Virus record (IMG/VR): IMGVR_UViG_3300027710_000023
From: a virus
DNA length: 64,000 nt
Direction: 5' to 3' (one strand)
Part shown: positions 1-8,619 of the stretch, in pieces
Layout of the letters: every line of letters starts with the position of its first letter
How positions within the stretch are numbered: the first letter of the stretch is position 1
Notes under the pieces: model-generated
Database searches by the model: none
The model's input: only the letters and a program-made list of their open reading frames with translations
What the model was told of the DNA's origin: nothing
Position numbers and translations under genes: made by a program

Positions 1-1203
1 TCTAAATTCTTGCAACAGATGGTGCCAGAAGCTAAGTTTACTGACATTGAGTGGCAGTTTACTAATGCAGAGGGTAAAAGATTTGTAGTTAAAGGGTATG
101 GTGCTAAGACTGGGGTACGGGGTTCCAAATCAATGGGTAAACGTCCACAGTTAGCAGTACTTGATGACTTAGTATCGGATGAGGATGCACGAAGTGCAAC
201 AGTAATATCTAGTATTGAAGATACTGTATATAAAGCTGTTGACTATGCATTACACCCAACTAAACGTAAGATTATCTGGTCTGGTACGCCGTTTAATATG
301 CGTGACCCTTTATATAAGGCTGTTGAGTCAGGAGCGTGGGCTGTTAACGTATATCCTGTGTGTGAGAAGTTTCCATGTGATAGAAAAGACTTTAAAGGTT
401 CTTGGCCTGATCGCTTTGATTACGATTACGTGTTAAAGCAGTACACTAAAGCTGTAAAGTCAGGTAAGGTGGATACATTTAACCAAGAGTTGATGCTACG
501 AATCATGAGTGATGAAGATAGATTAATATTAGATGCAGATATACAGTGGTACTCTAAAGTAGCACTTATGGCTAACAAAGGTGTGTTTAACTATTATATA
601 ACTACTGACTTTGCAACTTCAGAGAAAGAAGCAGCAGACTTAAGTGTTATTTCTGTTTGGGCTGTTAATAGTAGTGGTAGATTCTTTTGGATAGACGGTA
701 TTGCTAAAAGACAGCTTATGGACAAGAACTTAGATGATCTTTTTTCATTGGCTCAAAAATATAAGCCTATGGGCGTTGGTGTTGAAGTATCAGGACAACA
801 AGGTGGTTTTATTCCTTGGATCCAAAAAGAAATGGTAACACGGAATATCTTTTTTACATTGGCTTCAGGAAATAACAATAGTAATCCGGGTATTAAACCA
901 ACAACGAATAAAATGGAACGATTTAACGTAGTTGTGCCGTGGTTTAAACAGAAATTATTTTTCTTTCCTGCTGAAATGAAAAATGATCCAACAATGGTAG
1001 AAGCAATGACAGAACTTGAATTAGCTTCACCTTCTGGATTTAAATCAGCTCATGATGACTTTATTGACACCATTTCTCAGTTAGGGTTGATGCAAGTATG
1101 GTTGCCGTCTGATGAGGTACAGATGAACAAGAATGGTGATACCGATATTTGGGAAATTCAGGAGGAAGAAGTGTCTTATCGTATTGGCTCCTATTTGGGT
1201 TAG
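1..1203 (+). CDS. terminase large subunit, partial (5' end outside window)
   Basis: Frame is open from window position 1. The 397+ aa C-terminal portion is nuclease-domain-like. It sits at the edge of the structural module, as N4 gp68 does. Confidence 0.5.
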   Translation, partial: SKFLQQMVPEAKFTDIEWQFTNAEGKRFVVKGYGAKTGVRGSKSMGKRPQLAVLDDLVSDEDARSATVISSIEDTVYKAVDYALHPTKRKIIWSGTPFNMRDPLYKAVESGAWAVNVYPVCEKFPCDRKDFKGSWPDRFDYDYVLKQYTKAVKSGKVDTFNQELMLRIMSDEDRLILDADIQWYSKVALMANKGVFNYYITTDFATSEKEAADLSVISVWAVNSSGRFFWIDGIAKRQLMDKNLDDLFSLAQKYKPMGVGVEVSGQQGGFIPWIQKEMVTRNIFFTLASGNNNSNPGIKPTTNKMERFNVVVPWFKQKLFFFPAEMKNDPTMVEAMTELELASPSGFKSAHDDFIDTISQLGLMQVWLPSDEVQMNKNGDTDIWEIQEEEVSYRIGSYLG

Positions 1204-1239
1204 TGTATACTTAAGGGGTTGATCAACGAGGTTAGCCCC

Positions 1240-1947
1240 ATGAAAATAAGACGAATAATCGAGCACTTAGAACACGGTGTTTTAAGTAAAATCAATTTAG
1301 GAGGTAACACTTCAATGGGTGTTACTTCTTACAACTATCCCGCACTAATTAGCGCAATTGAACTTGGTTTAATTGAGTTATCCCAGTTATTTGACCTAAA
1401 ACAACGTGAAACCTTCTTAAAGCAAGAAGATCATATTAAGGTTTATGAGCTGGACGTTAAATACGCTGTTACTAATACAACTTCAACAGCAACGTATAAG
1501 TATATCAAAGACAGTGTAGATAATCCTTTTAATGGGGATATTTTACGTATCGAAGCTGTTTATGATGAATTAGGTAATAAGTTATCCTTAAATGATGATA
1601 ATGATCCAGATAGTTTGTATACGCCTAGCCTTACCAGTATACAGGTGCCTAGACCTAATGGACAAAACACTTTATGTATCATATATAGCGCTGGTGTTGT
1701 AGAACTTCGTAAGACAGGAGATAACCTGTTAGAACAAGAAGTATATTTACCTAACTCGTTATTACAAGCATTGACTATGTTTGTAGCAGCACAAGTAGTA
1801 ATGGGTAAAGATTCTTTAGAAGCTAAGAACGAAAGTATGGTGTTTGAGCGCAAGTACAAAGAAGCTGTAGCTACTGCAATGAATTACGGTGTAAAAGCTT
1901 CAGATAACACAAACAATATAAATTTGGAGCGTAAAGGATGGGCATGA
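1240..1947 (+). CDS. hypothetical virion-module protein
   Basis: ORF with ATG at 1240 preceded by a GAGG RBS. The track start at 1219 is TTG. Called from position only. Confidence 0.35.
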   Translation: MKIRRIIEHLEHGVLSKINLGGNTSMGVTSYNYPALISAIELGLIELSQLFDLKQRETFLKQEDHIKVYELDVKYAVTNTTSTATYKYIKDSVDNPFNGDILRIEAVYDELGNKLSLNDDNDPDSLYTPSLTSIQVPRPNGQNTLCIIYSAGVVELRKTGDNLLEQEVYLPNSLLQALTMFVAAQVVMGKDSLEAKNESMVFERKYKEAVATAMNYGVKASDNTNNINLERKGWA

Positions 1948-4034
1948 AACCTTCAATACCAGATGATGGTGCTGTAGATTCCCAGATTGGTACAGCCTAT
2001 GATGTGGTTAAGACAGTTGCAGATAACTTACCTGCTTTATTGGAGTTAGCTGAAGATTTTGATAATTTAGAACAGAACTTCGTACCAAAAACACGTACTA
2101 TTAATGGTAAGGACTTAACTGCTAATATTGTAATTAACTATAGCGATTTAGGTAATATTCCAGCTACTTTGACTGATTACAGTAATGGTATTGCTTCTGC
2201 TGGTACTGGTATCTTTAAAAAGACAGCTGCGGGTGTTTGGTCATTTACCTCATTAGTAGCAGCAGATATTCCTGCTTTGGATGCAGGTAAAATAACAAGT
2301 GGTATATTACCGGTTAGTTTGGGTGGTACTGGTAGAAACGATAACAAGTCATCTGCTTGGATCAGCGCAAGAACTTTTACTATTGGTTCAACAGGTAAAA
2401 GTGTAGATGGTAGTGCGGCAGTTACATGGACATTGGCTGAGATCGGTGCTCAACCGGTAGATGCTACATTAACTGCGATGGCTGGGGTTACTACAGCAGC
2501 TGATCGGTATATTTATTTTACTAATTCAGATGTAGCAGTAGCAGGAACTATTACTACATTTGGTCGATCATTAATTGATGATTTGGATGCTGCTGCTGCA
2601 AGAAGTACTTTAGGTCTTGGTAGTGCTGCAACACAAGCATCCACTGCATTTCAGACAGCAGATGCAACATTAACAGCTATTGCTGGGTTAGTTACAGCAG
2701 CAGATAAAGGTATTTACTCAACTAGTGCAGATACATTTGCTACTTATGACTTGTCTGCATTTGGTCGTAGTGTGAGCGCAACTGCTAACGCAACAGCGTT
2801 AAATACACTATTGGGTGTAAGAACTAAAGCTGATCAAGATATACTTGCAAATATTCTTAGTCGTGCAACTGTAGATTATGATTTTTTTACAGGTATTTAC
2901 AAGAAATACCAAGATAGGTATTTAACTCAGTTACCTTTAAATGATTTGTTTACTTTTAATCGTTCAACAGCTTCTACTGCTGAACATCCATACGGTTTAG
3001 TGACATATGATATTAATGAGCCAGTAATTGCTTATAATCCTGTAAATGGTGATCGACTTGGTTTACGTGTTACTCCACAAAATACTAACCTGCTATTGAA
3101 CTCACAGTTTGTTGGTGCAAATGGAGAAACTGCTGCTACTGGATGGGCAATATTCTCAAACAGTGGAATTACAACAACTGAAGCCAGCTCCCGATATGCA
3201 GGTGCAACAAGAATTAAGCACACTGGCAATTTACAAAGGGAAGCTTATTACAGAGCAGTAACTTTGGCTCCGTTGCAAACGTATGTGTTTAGTGTTTATT
3301 TTGCTGCTGGTACAATTGCTGACGGCAATGTACTGCGCGTTTTAGGTGAAAGCGGCGATACACCTACCGGAGTAACTACACTTGCCGGATCAAGCGTTAC
3401 TGGGCCGGGTGTTTACAGTATAACTTTTACAACTGGTGCCGTTGGTGGGACTTATGGTGTTTATGTGGGGCTGGGTTGCACAGGTAACGCAACGGGTACA
3501 GTGATTCACGAAACGCCTCAATTGGAGCTTAATCTGGTTCCAACCGCATACACCCCGACACCTGTTGGAGCTACACAATCAAGAACAACTGATAATATTG
3601 TTGATAGTTGGGTAAATTTACCTGAATTCACTTTATTGTTTGATATAGCGGATAACGGAACAAATGATTTTACTGTTGTCGGTGGTGCTGGCAACACTTT
3701 TAATGACTGTGTTTATGCGGCTGATACAACATGGAATATTCGTAATAACAATGCAGTTGTGGCTACTTTGAACAGTGGTGTAGTAACGAACCAACGTAAC
3801 TGTATTGCCTTGCGCTGTAAAGCTGGTGACTACGCTTCGTTTCGGAATGGGGTAAAGGTTGCAGCAAGTTCAGCAGCAACTGGGCCTGCGCAAAACATGG
3901 CACGTTTTAAAATTGGTTCCGCACCTTGGGAAACAACTGCCACCAACGCAAATACAACAAACCTGACTTATAAGCGGGTAACTATCATCCCAAGAGCATT
4001 GACTGATGCCGAAGCAATCCTGTTGACTCAGTAA
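1938..4034 (+). CDS. tail fibre / receptor-binding protein
   Basis: N-terminal GILPVSLGGTG tail-fibre motif. Repeated TLTAxAGxxTAADxxIY shaft repeats. C-terminal lectin-like domain ending IPRALTDAE. Confidence 0.7.
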   Translation: MGMKPSIPDDGAVDSQIGTAYDVVKTVADNLPALLELAEDFDNLEQNFVPKTRTINGKDLTANIVINYSDLGNIPATLTDYSNGIASAGTGIFKKTAAGVWSFTSLVAADIPALDAGKITSGILPVSLGGTGRNDNKSSAWISARTFTIGSTGKSVDGSAAVTWTLAEIGAQPVDATLTAMAGVTTAADRYIYFTNSDVAVAGTITTFGRSLIDDLDAAAARSTLGLGSAATQASTAFQTADATLTAIAGLVTAADKGIYSTSADTFATYDLSAFGRSVSATANATALNTLLGVRTKADQDILANILSRATVDYDFFTGIYKKYQDRYLTQLPLNDLFTFNRSTASTAEHPYGLVTYDINEPVIAYNPVNGDRLGLRVTPQNTNLLLNSQFVGANGETAATGWAIFSNSGITTTEASSRYAGATRIKHTGNLQREAYYRAVTLAPLQTYVFSVYFAAGTIADGNVLRVLGESGDTPTGVTTLAGSSVTGPGVYSITFTTGAVGGTYGVYVGLGCTGNATGTVIHETPQLELNLVPTAYTPTPVGATQSRTTDNIVDSWVNLPEFTLLFDIADNGTNDFTVVGGAGNTFNDCVYAADTTWNIRNNNAVVATLNSGVVTNQRNCIALRCKAGDYASFRNGVKVAASSAATGPAQNMARFKIGSAPWETTATNANTTNLTYKRVTIIPRALTDAEAILLTQ

Positions 4035-4043
4035 GGAATTATT

Positions 4044-5426
4044 ATGACGAATATTGTTGCTACTGGCATATCCAGTAAATTAAATGACGCTGCAAAACAA
4101 ACCATTCGAGATAACATTGGTTTCGATGCTGGTGTTTTAAAGTACAATCAATTCATGCAATCATTGAAAAAGAAGGCTACTTTATGGCTAGACTTTGCAA
4201 ACAATGAACATAAAGTGTATGAACAATACGGTTTAACCACAAAGGTTCTTACTGATGCAATTACAACTGCTCGTGCAAGTAATGCAACGTATGATGCTCC
4301 AACAGGTATTGCAACAGCTGCTGCAAATATACCTCGTATTACATATGATCCGTTGACTGGTTTATGTCTTGGTTTAGAAGTAGAAGAAGCAAGAACTAAC
4401 TTATTTCTACATAATAGTGATTTTGCCAATGCAGCATGGTCACAGTCGCCTGATGCAGATGTCAACGTTACATCAAACACAATTACAGCACCGGATGGCA
4501 CATTAACAGCTGATAAGTTTTTTGAAGCAACAACTACAAACACATTTCATGATATTTTTCAAAATATCAGTTATACGGTAGGTTTGAGATATTGTTTCAG
4601 TGTTCATGTAAAAGCAAGCGAACGGAATCGTTTACGTCTTGCTTTTGGTGGAACTGGTGCATTTACTTCAGAACGTTTTGTATCAGTTGATTTGGTTGCA
4701 AAAACTGCCACTGCTGGGGGCACGGGTGCAACAGTAGGTATACAAGAACTGCCTAATGGTTGGTTTCGTGTTTGGGTTTGTGCAACTGCTGACGCGACAG
4801 GATCAACTCCAACTTTTGTACGGTTAAATGACGCATTTTCAGGTTCTATTTATCCGGGTGTTGTAAACAGTGGTTTGTTTTTATGGGGTGCTCAAGTTGA
4901 AGCAGGAGTGTTTCCATCAAGTATTATCCCAACTACAACGACTGCACAAAGCAGAACTGTTGATACTATAAGTAGAACTGTTGCAGCAAACACAGAAGGA
5001 ACTATTATTTGTGTTTGCCAAGGTCCAGCTGGCGTAATTGGAACCAACCAAGCAGCATTTGCATTAACTGATGGAACTGCAAATAACCGAGTTGTTATTC
5101 GTAGAAATAATGCAGATGCAGGCAGTCAACACTTAGTTATCTCAGCAGGAACTAACGTTGCTCAAGTTAACACTGCACCAAAAGCTAACGGACAAAGAAC
5201 TGTTTTTGCATTTAGTTGGAAAGAAAACCAGTTTTTATCAACTGAAGATGGTGTAATTGTTTTAAACGATGTATCTGGTGCAGCTCCAGTTAATTTAACG
5301 CAATTGGGTATTGGTAATTCCGGTCCAGCTTTTGCGGGTGCAGAAAGTATTAACGGAACCATTGAACTAATTGCTATGATTCCACGGGCATTAACAGCAG
5401 CAGAGTTACAGCAGGTGAAATTATGA
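4044..5426 (+). CDS. tail fibre / receptor-binding protein, paralog of the C-terminal two-thirds of the upstream fibre
   Basis: Shares a QSRTxD...IPRALTxAE C-terminal domain and a central beta-rich domain with 1938..4034. AAGGA RBS. Confidence 0.6.
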   Translation: MTNIVATGISSKLNDAAKQTIRDNIGFDAGVLKYNQFMQSLKKKATLWLDFANNEHKVYEQYGLTTKVLTDAITTARASNATYDAPTGIATAAANIPRITYDPLTGLCLGLEVEEARTNLFLHNSDFANAAWSQSPDADVNVTSNTITAPDGTLTADKFFEATTTNTFHDIFQNISYTVGLRYCFSVHVKASERNRLRLAFGGTGAFTSERFVSVDLVAKTATAGGTGATVGIQELPNGWFRVWVCATADATGSTPTFVRLNDAFSGSIYPGVVNSGLFLWGAQVEAGVFPSSIIPTTTTAQSRTVDTISRTVAANTEGTIICVCQGPAGVIGTNQAAFALTDGTANNRVVIRRNNADAGSQHLVISAGTNVAQVNTAPKANGQRTVFAFSWKENQFLSTEDGVIVLNDVSGAAPVNLTQLGIGNSGPAFAGAESINGTIELIAMIPRALTAAELQQVKL

Positions 5427-5731
5427 AACCGATGGTTAAAACAGGTATTGCACACGCAGTTGTATCAGTTGGATTACAACTTATTTTCGCAGCATACTTA
5501 TATTATGTTCACGGCTTTAATGTTGAGCATGGGGTATTAGCAGGCGGTATTGCCGCTTGTACTGGGTATGTATTCCGTGAAATGGCTCAACACGAATACA
5601 AAGGTGGTGGCCCAACTAAAGTATCTGGGACTTATGGTTTATTAAACCATTGGACTTTAGATAGTATTATTGATGTTTTATTTCCAATCATTGCAACAGG
5701 TGGCGTATGGATATTAGTGAAATTGGTTTAA
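5423..5731 (+). CDS. putative holin (three predicted TM helices)
   Basis: 102 aa with three hydrophobic segments. Immediately upstream of the endolysin cassette. AGGTGA RBS. Confidence 0.4.
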   Translation: MKPMVKTGIAHAVVSVGLQLIFAAYLYYVHGFNVEHGVLAGGIAACTGYVFREMAQHEYKGGGPTKVSGTYGLLNHWTLDSIIDVLFPIIATGGVWILVKLV

Positions 5732-5943
5732 TCTACGATATGACAAACCCAGAAGAACCATTAGCGTTAGAAGGGTGGCATGTAAATACATTACAGCCTA
5801 TTGATAGTGCTGAAGAGTTTTTGATTACAGTTAACTCACCGAGTCATGGATTTTTTGGTGTTCCTAACGAAAGTGTGTATCACTACAAATTTAGTTCAAA
5901 AGAACAAGCACAAATGTTTTTAAATACAGAAGAGGTGGTTTAA
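5707..5943 (+). CDS. hypothetical acidic protein in the lysis cassette
   Basis: 78-aa ORF with AGGTGG RBS, overlapping its neighbours. Confidence 0.3.
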   Translation: MDISEIGLIYDMTNPEEPLALEGWHVNTLQPIDSAEEFLITVNSPSHGFFGVPNESVYHYKFSSKEQAQMFLNTEEVV

Positions 5944-6182
5944 TGGATATGTTAATGATGGCTTTGCAGAATAAAGGTATTATGCTTTTATCTGATCTGT
6001 TTTCAGCAGCAATGGGTTTATTAATGCTGTTATGTTGTATGTTAGTTGGTGCAAAATTATTAGGAATTGATATTTATGCTGCAATCGATAAAGTTGAAAA
6101 TCATCCTGTTGCATATGCAATTCTTGTTACTGGGCATTTCCTTGGTGCTGCCTACGTACTCGGTTGCACATTCACTGTATGA
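5943..6182 (+). CDS. putative class II holin/antiholin (two TM helices)
   Basis: 79 aa with two hydrophobic helices. GAGGTGG RBS. Its stop abuts the endolysin start. Confidence 0.4.
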   Translation: MDMLMMALQNKGIMLLSDLFSAAMGLLMLLCCMLVGAKLLGIDIYAAIDKVENHPVAYAILVTGHFLGAAYVLGCTFTV

Positions 6183-6186
6183 TAAG

Positions 6187-6663
6187 ATGATAGCCGCTTC
6201 TGCGGCTACTTATATGCCTGAAGTTGATTGGTTATTATGGAAAGCGCAAGTACATACAGAAAGTGCATTTAACCCAAATGCAAAATCACCTGTAGGAGCG
6301 CAAGGGTTATCTCAAGTAATGCCGGGTACATTTATGCAAATTAGTAAAGAATCCGGTATTAATAATAACCCTTATGACCCACAGACTAATTTAATGGCAG
6401 GTGCGTACTATATGGCTAAAATGCGTCGTATATTCAAATCACCAAGACCTGATATTGAAAGACATAAGTTAGCTGTAGCAAGTTATAACGCAGGAGCAGG
6501 ACACATCATTAAAGCACAAGCTTTAGTTGGTAATCCGCCTGAATGGAAACCAGTAGCAGATGTATTACCTAAAATAACTGGTAAACATGCAAAGGAAACA
6601 CAGAACTATGTTGAAAGAATATATCGAACCTATCAAGTTTATTCTATTGGTTCTACTTATTAG
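6187..6663 (+). CDS. endolysin, SLT-domain lytic transglycosylase
   Basis: HTESAFNP...GAQGLSQVMPGTF...AYYM...SYNAG motifs of soluble lytic transglycosylase. An alternative upstream start at 6115 would add a signal/SAR-like hydrophobic N-terminus. Confidence 0.7.
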   Translation: MIAASAATYMPEVDWLLWKAQVHTESAFNPNAKSPVGAQGLSQVMPGTFMQISKESGINNNPYDPQTNLMAGAYYMAKMRRIFKSPRPDIERHKLAVASYNAGAGHIIKAQALVGNPPEWKPVADVLPKITGKHAKETQNYVERIYRTYQVYSIGSTY

Positions 6664-7117
6664 TGGTTCAGGTTATTTAGGTTATGACTACGCTAATAAT
6701 AAGTGGGAAAAGAAAGAAAGTGAAACTATCGCTACTCAAGCTAAAATGATTAGTGATTTACAAGAAAAGTATCGATTAATTGAGAGTAAGACACAAAATG
6801 AATTTACAAAGATTGACAACAGCGATCAACACAAGATTTTGGCTTTACAAAGTGCCATTGATACTAACGAGTCTGTTATTGATAAGTTGCGCGCAGAAAT
6901 TACCAAATATAAAGGAATGTCCAAAATATCCACGAATACCGGAGTTAACAGAGAATTCGCGGCAACAGCCACTACCGCTGTACTGTATGCCGAATTGTTT
7001 GGACGCGCTAACGAAAGAGCAAGAGACTTGGCTATTGTTGCTACAGACACCAGAAACCGAGGATTAAGCTGCGAAGCTAAATACGATGCTATTTATCAGC
7101 AACAGTTTACCTTTTAA
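6608..7117 (+). CDS. i-spanin (Rz-like)
   Basis: N-terminal TM helix (FILLVLLISG) followed by coiled-coil and charged periplasmic sequence. Directly downstream of the endolysin. Confidence 0.55.
   Translation: MLKEYIEPIKFILLVLLISGSGYLGYDYANNKWEKKESETIATQAKMISDLQEKYRLIESKTQNEFTKIDNSDQHKILALQSAIDTNESVIDKLRAEITKYKGMSKISTNTGVNREFAATATTAVLYAELFGRANERARDLAIVATDTRNRGLSCEAKYDAIYQQQFTF
6798..7067 (+). CDS. o-spanin (Rz1-like lipoprotein) embedded in the +1 frame of the i-spanin
   Basis: Signal peptide with lipobox LISC. Short proline-rich mature part with three further Cys. Lies entirely inside 6608..7117. Confidence 0.55.
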   Translation: MNLQRLTTAINTRFWLYKVPLILTSLLLISCAQKLPNIKECPKYPRIPELTENSRQQPLPLYCMPNCLDALTKEQETWLLLLQTPETED

Positions 7118-7142
7118 ATATCATCATGTTAGATTGAAAAGG

Positions 7143-7172
7143 CTTAGTCATACTAAGCTTTTTTCATTTTAA
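7143..7172 (+). terminator. rho-independent terminator after the spanin genes
   Basis: Stem gcttagt / actaagc with loop cat, followed by ttttttcatttt. Confidence 0.6.
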
Positions 7173-7184
7173 TAAGGATGGGTT

Positions 7185-7517
7185 ATGAAACAAAGTTCGT
7201 ATTCACCGTGCAGATCTGAAAGACTTGGGCCACGTAAATACCGGTTACTGGAAGATTGGATTACGCCTTATGGGGTGATCCCCAAAGGGTTTGTGTGTGA
7301 TGGGGTAACTACTTCAGGATTGCGCTTCCTAGCCTCTCCGGGAGGCTCTCTGTTTGAAGCCGCTGTCGTACACGACTGGTTGTATAAAAACGCTGTACGT
7401 ACTAAGAGCTTTGCGGATAAAGCATTCTATCAAACAGCTCTGGCCTATGGGGTTCATGCTATCCGAGCGGAGATCTGTTATCAGGTTGTTCGGTTGTTTG
7501 GACGGGGCAACTACTGA
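7185..7517 (+). CDS. DUF1353-family protein
   Basis: FVCDGVTTSG...HDWLY motif pattern typical of DUF1353. TAAGGA RBS. The coding DNA is noticeably GC-richer than its flanks. Confidence 0.5.
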   Translation: MKQSSYSPCRSERLGPRKYRLLEDWITPYGVIPKGFVCDGVTTSGLRFLASPGGSLFEAAVVHDWLYKNAVRTKSFADKAFYQTALAYGVHAIRAEICYQVVRLFGRGNY

Positions 7518-7528
7518 GCCAAAATAAG

Positions 7529-7552
7529 TAGCCTTCGGGCTACTTTTTCTTA
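7529..7552 (+). terminator. rho-independent terminator
   Basis: agtagcc ttcg ggctact followed by ttttt. Confidence 0.6.
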
Positions 7553-7619
7553 TCGTGCGATCTGCCTTGTGTTAAAGTTACATAGACTGAAAATCCCATA
7601 AAATACATAAGGACAGGTC

Positions 7620-7841
7620 ATGCAAGTAGATATGAATACAATCTTATTATTTCTGCTGGGTGCATTACAAGCTTGGTTTTGGCAAGATAAAGCTCGTGAC
7701 GCAGCAGAAAGAAAGGAAATGAAAGATTCTATTAAAGTAATGGAACAAATCTTATATAAGATGCAATCGGAATTAGCTGTATCACGATTTGCTTTGTTTA
7801 ACAAAGAAAACCCAACAGGTAATACCAAAAATGAACAGTAA
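7620..7841 (+). CDS. small membrane protein
   Basis: 73 aa with an N-terminal TM helix and a charged helical tail. Its end overlaps the next start by 11 nt. Confidence 0.3.
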   Translation: MQVDMNTILLFLLGALQAWFWQDKARDAAERKEMKDSIKVMEQILYKMQSELAVSRFALFNKENPTGNTKNEQ

Positions 7842-8247
7842 ACCGTATAACGTTTTAATTATTGATGATGATGAGTTTGTAGCAAGATACCTTAAAGGTA
7901 TTTTTGAAGATGAGGGGGATGTAGCACATATTTGTACAAATCCTGATTTAGCCTTGGCATTAGCTAAGCAATACATGCCACAGTTGATAATTATTGATGT
8001 ACATATGACACCAACATCAGGATTTGAAGTAGCACTTCAGATCAGGGCTGATAAAGCTCTTCAGGATGTACCACTAGTATTTATTTCTGGTTCAGATGAT
8101 AAAGATACTGGTTTATTGGCATTTACTGTAGGTGCTACAGCATTTCTTAAGAAACCTATTAATGCAAGACAGTTAATTGAAGAAACAGGTATCATGAAAG
8201 ATATTTGTCAATTATCTCGAATTGCAAGAACAATTACAGGTAAATAA
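7831..8247 (+). CDS. stand-alone CheY-like response-regulator receiver (REC) domain protein
   Basis: VLIIDDDE acidic pocket. IIDVHMTP provides the likely phospho-acceptor Asp. FISGSDD and a conserved Lys in FLKKP. About 138 aa with no output domain. The track start at 7789 is TTG, and ATG at 7831 is preferred. Confidence 0.6.
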   Translation: MNSKPYNVLIIDDDEFVARYLKGIFEDEGDVAHICTNPDLALALAKQYMPQLIIIDVHMTPTSGFEVALQIRADKALQDVPLVFISGSDDKDTGLLAFTVGATAFLKKPINARQLIEETGIMKDICQLSRIARTITGK

Positions 8248-8248
8248 T

Positions 8249-8617
8249 ATGGCAGCAGTTCGCTATGACTTCTGTGTAAAGCAAGGTGCTAAGCATACCT
8301 TTCAATTAGATAAAAAAGATGGTTTTGGTAATCCAAAATCACTTGTCAATTATCTTGGTAAAATCAAGATTAAAAAACGACATTCCGATTTAACTATTAT
8401 TGGTGAAGCGCCTATTACATTTTTAGATGCACCAAATAGTAAAATGGAAATTGTTATTCCAGAAACAATGTTTAATGGCCTACAAATTGTAAATCCTAAT
8501 TCTAGTATTAAAGATACCGCTGTATACGATTTATATTTGTATAAACTTGATGGTACAACAGAAGTGGATATTGATCCTTTACTTGAGGGTGAAATTACTA
8601 TTTCAGCTAAGGTGTAA
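8249..8617 (+). CDS. hypothetical beta-rich protein
   Basis: ATG 2 nt after the upstream stop. 123 aa. Confidence 0.4.
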   Translation: MAAVRYDFCVKQGAKHTFQLDKKDGFGNPKSLVNYLGKIKIKKRHSDLTIIGEAPITFLDAPNSKMEIVIPETMFNGLQIVNPNSSIKDTAVYDLYLYKLDGTTEVDIDPLLEGEITISAKV

Positions 8618-8619
8618 CA

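Noticed and set aside
215-436. ORF 215..436 (+) inside the terminase gene
   Set aside because: It is a frame-shifted ORF within a coding region.
6067-6186. Upstream extension of the endolysin ORF to 6067
   Set aside because: The extension overlaps the 2-TM holin for 116 nt in another frame. The ATG at 6187 immediately after the holin stop is more parsimonious. The 6115 alternative is kept as a finding only.
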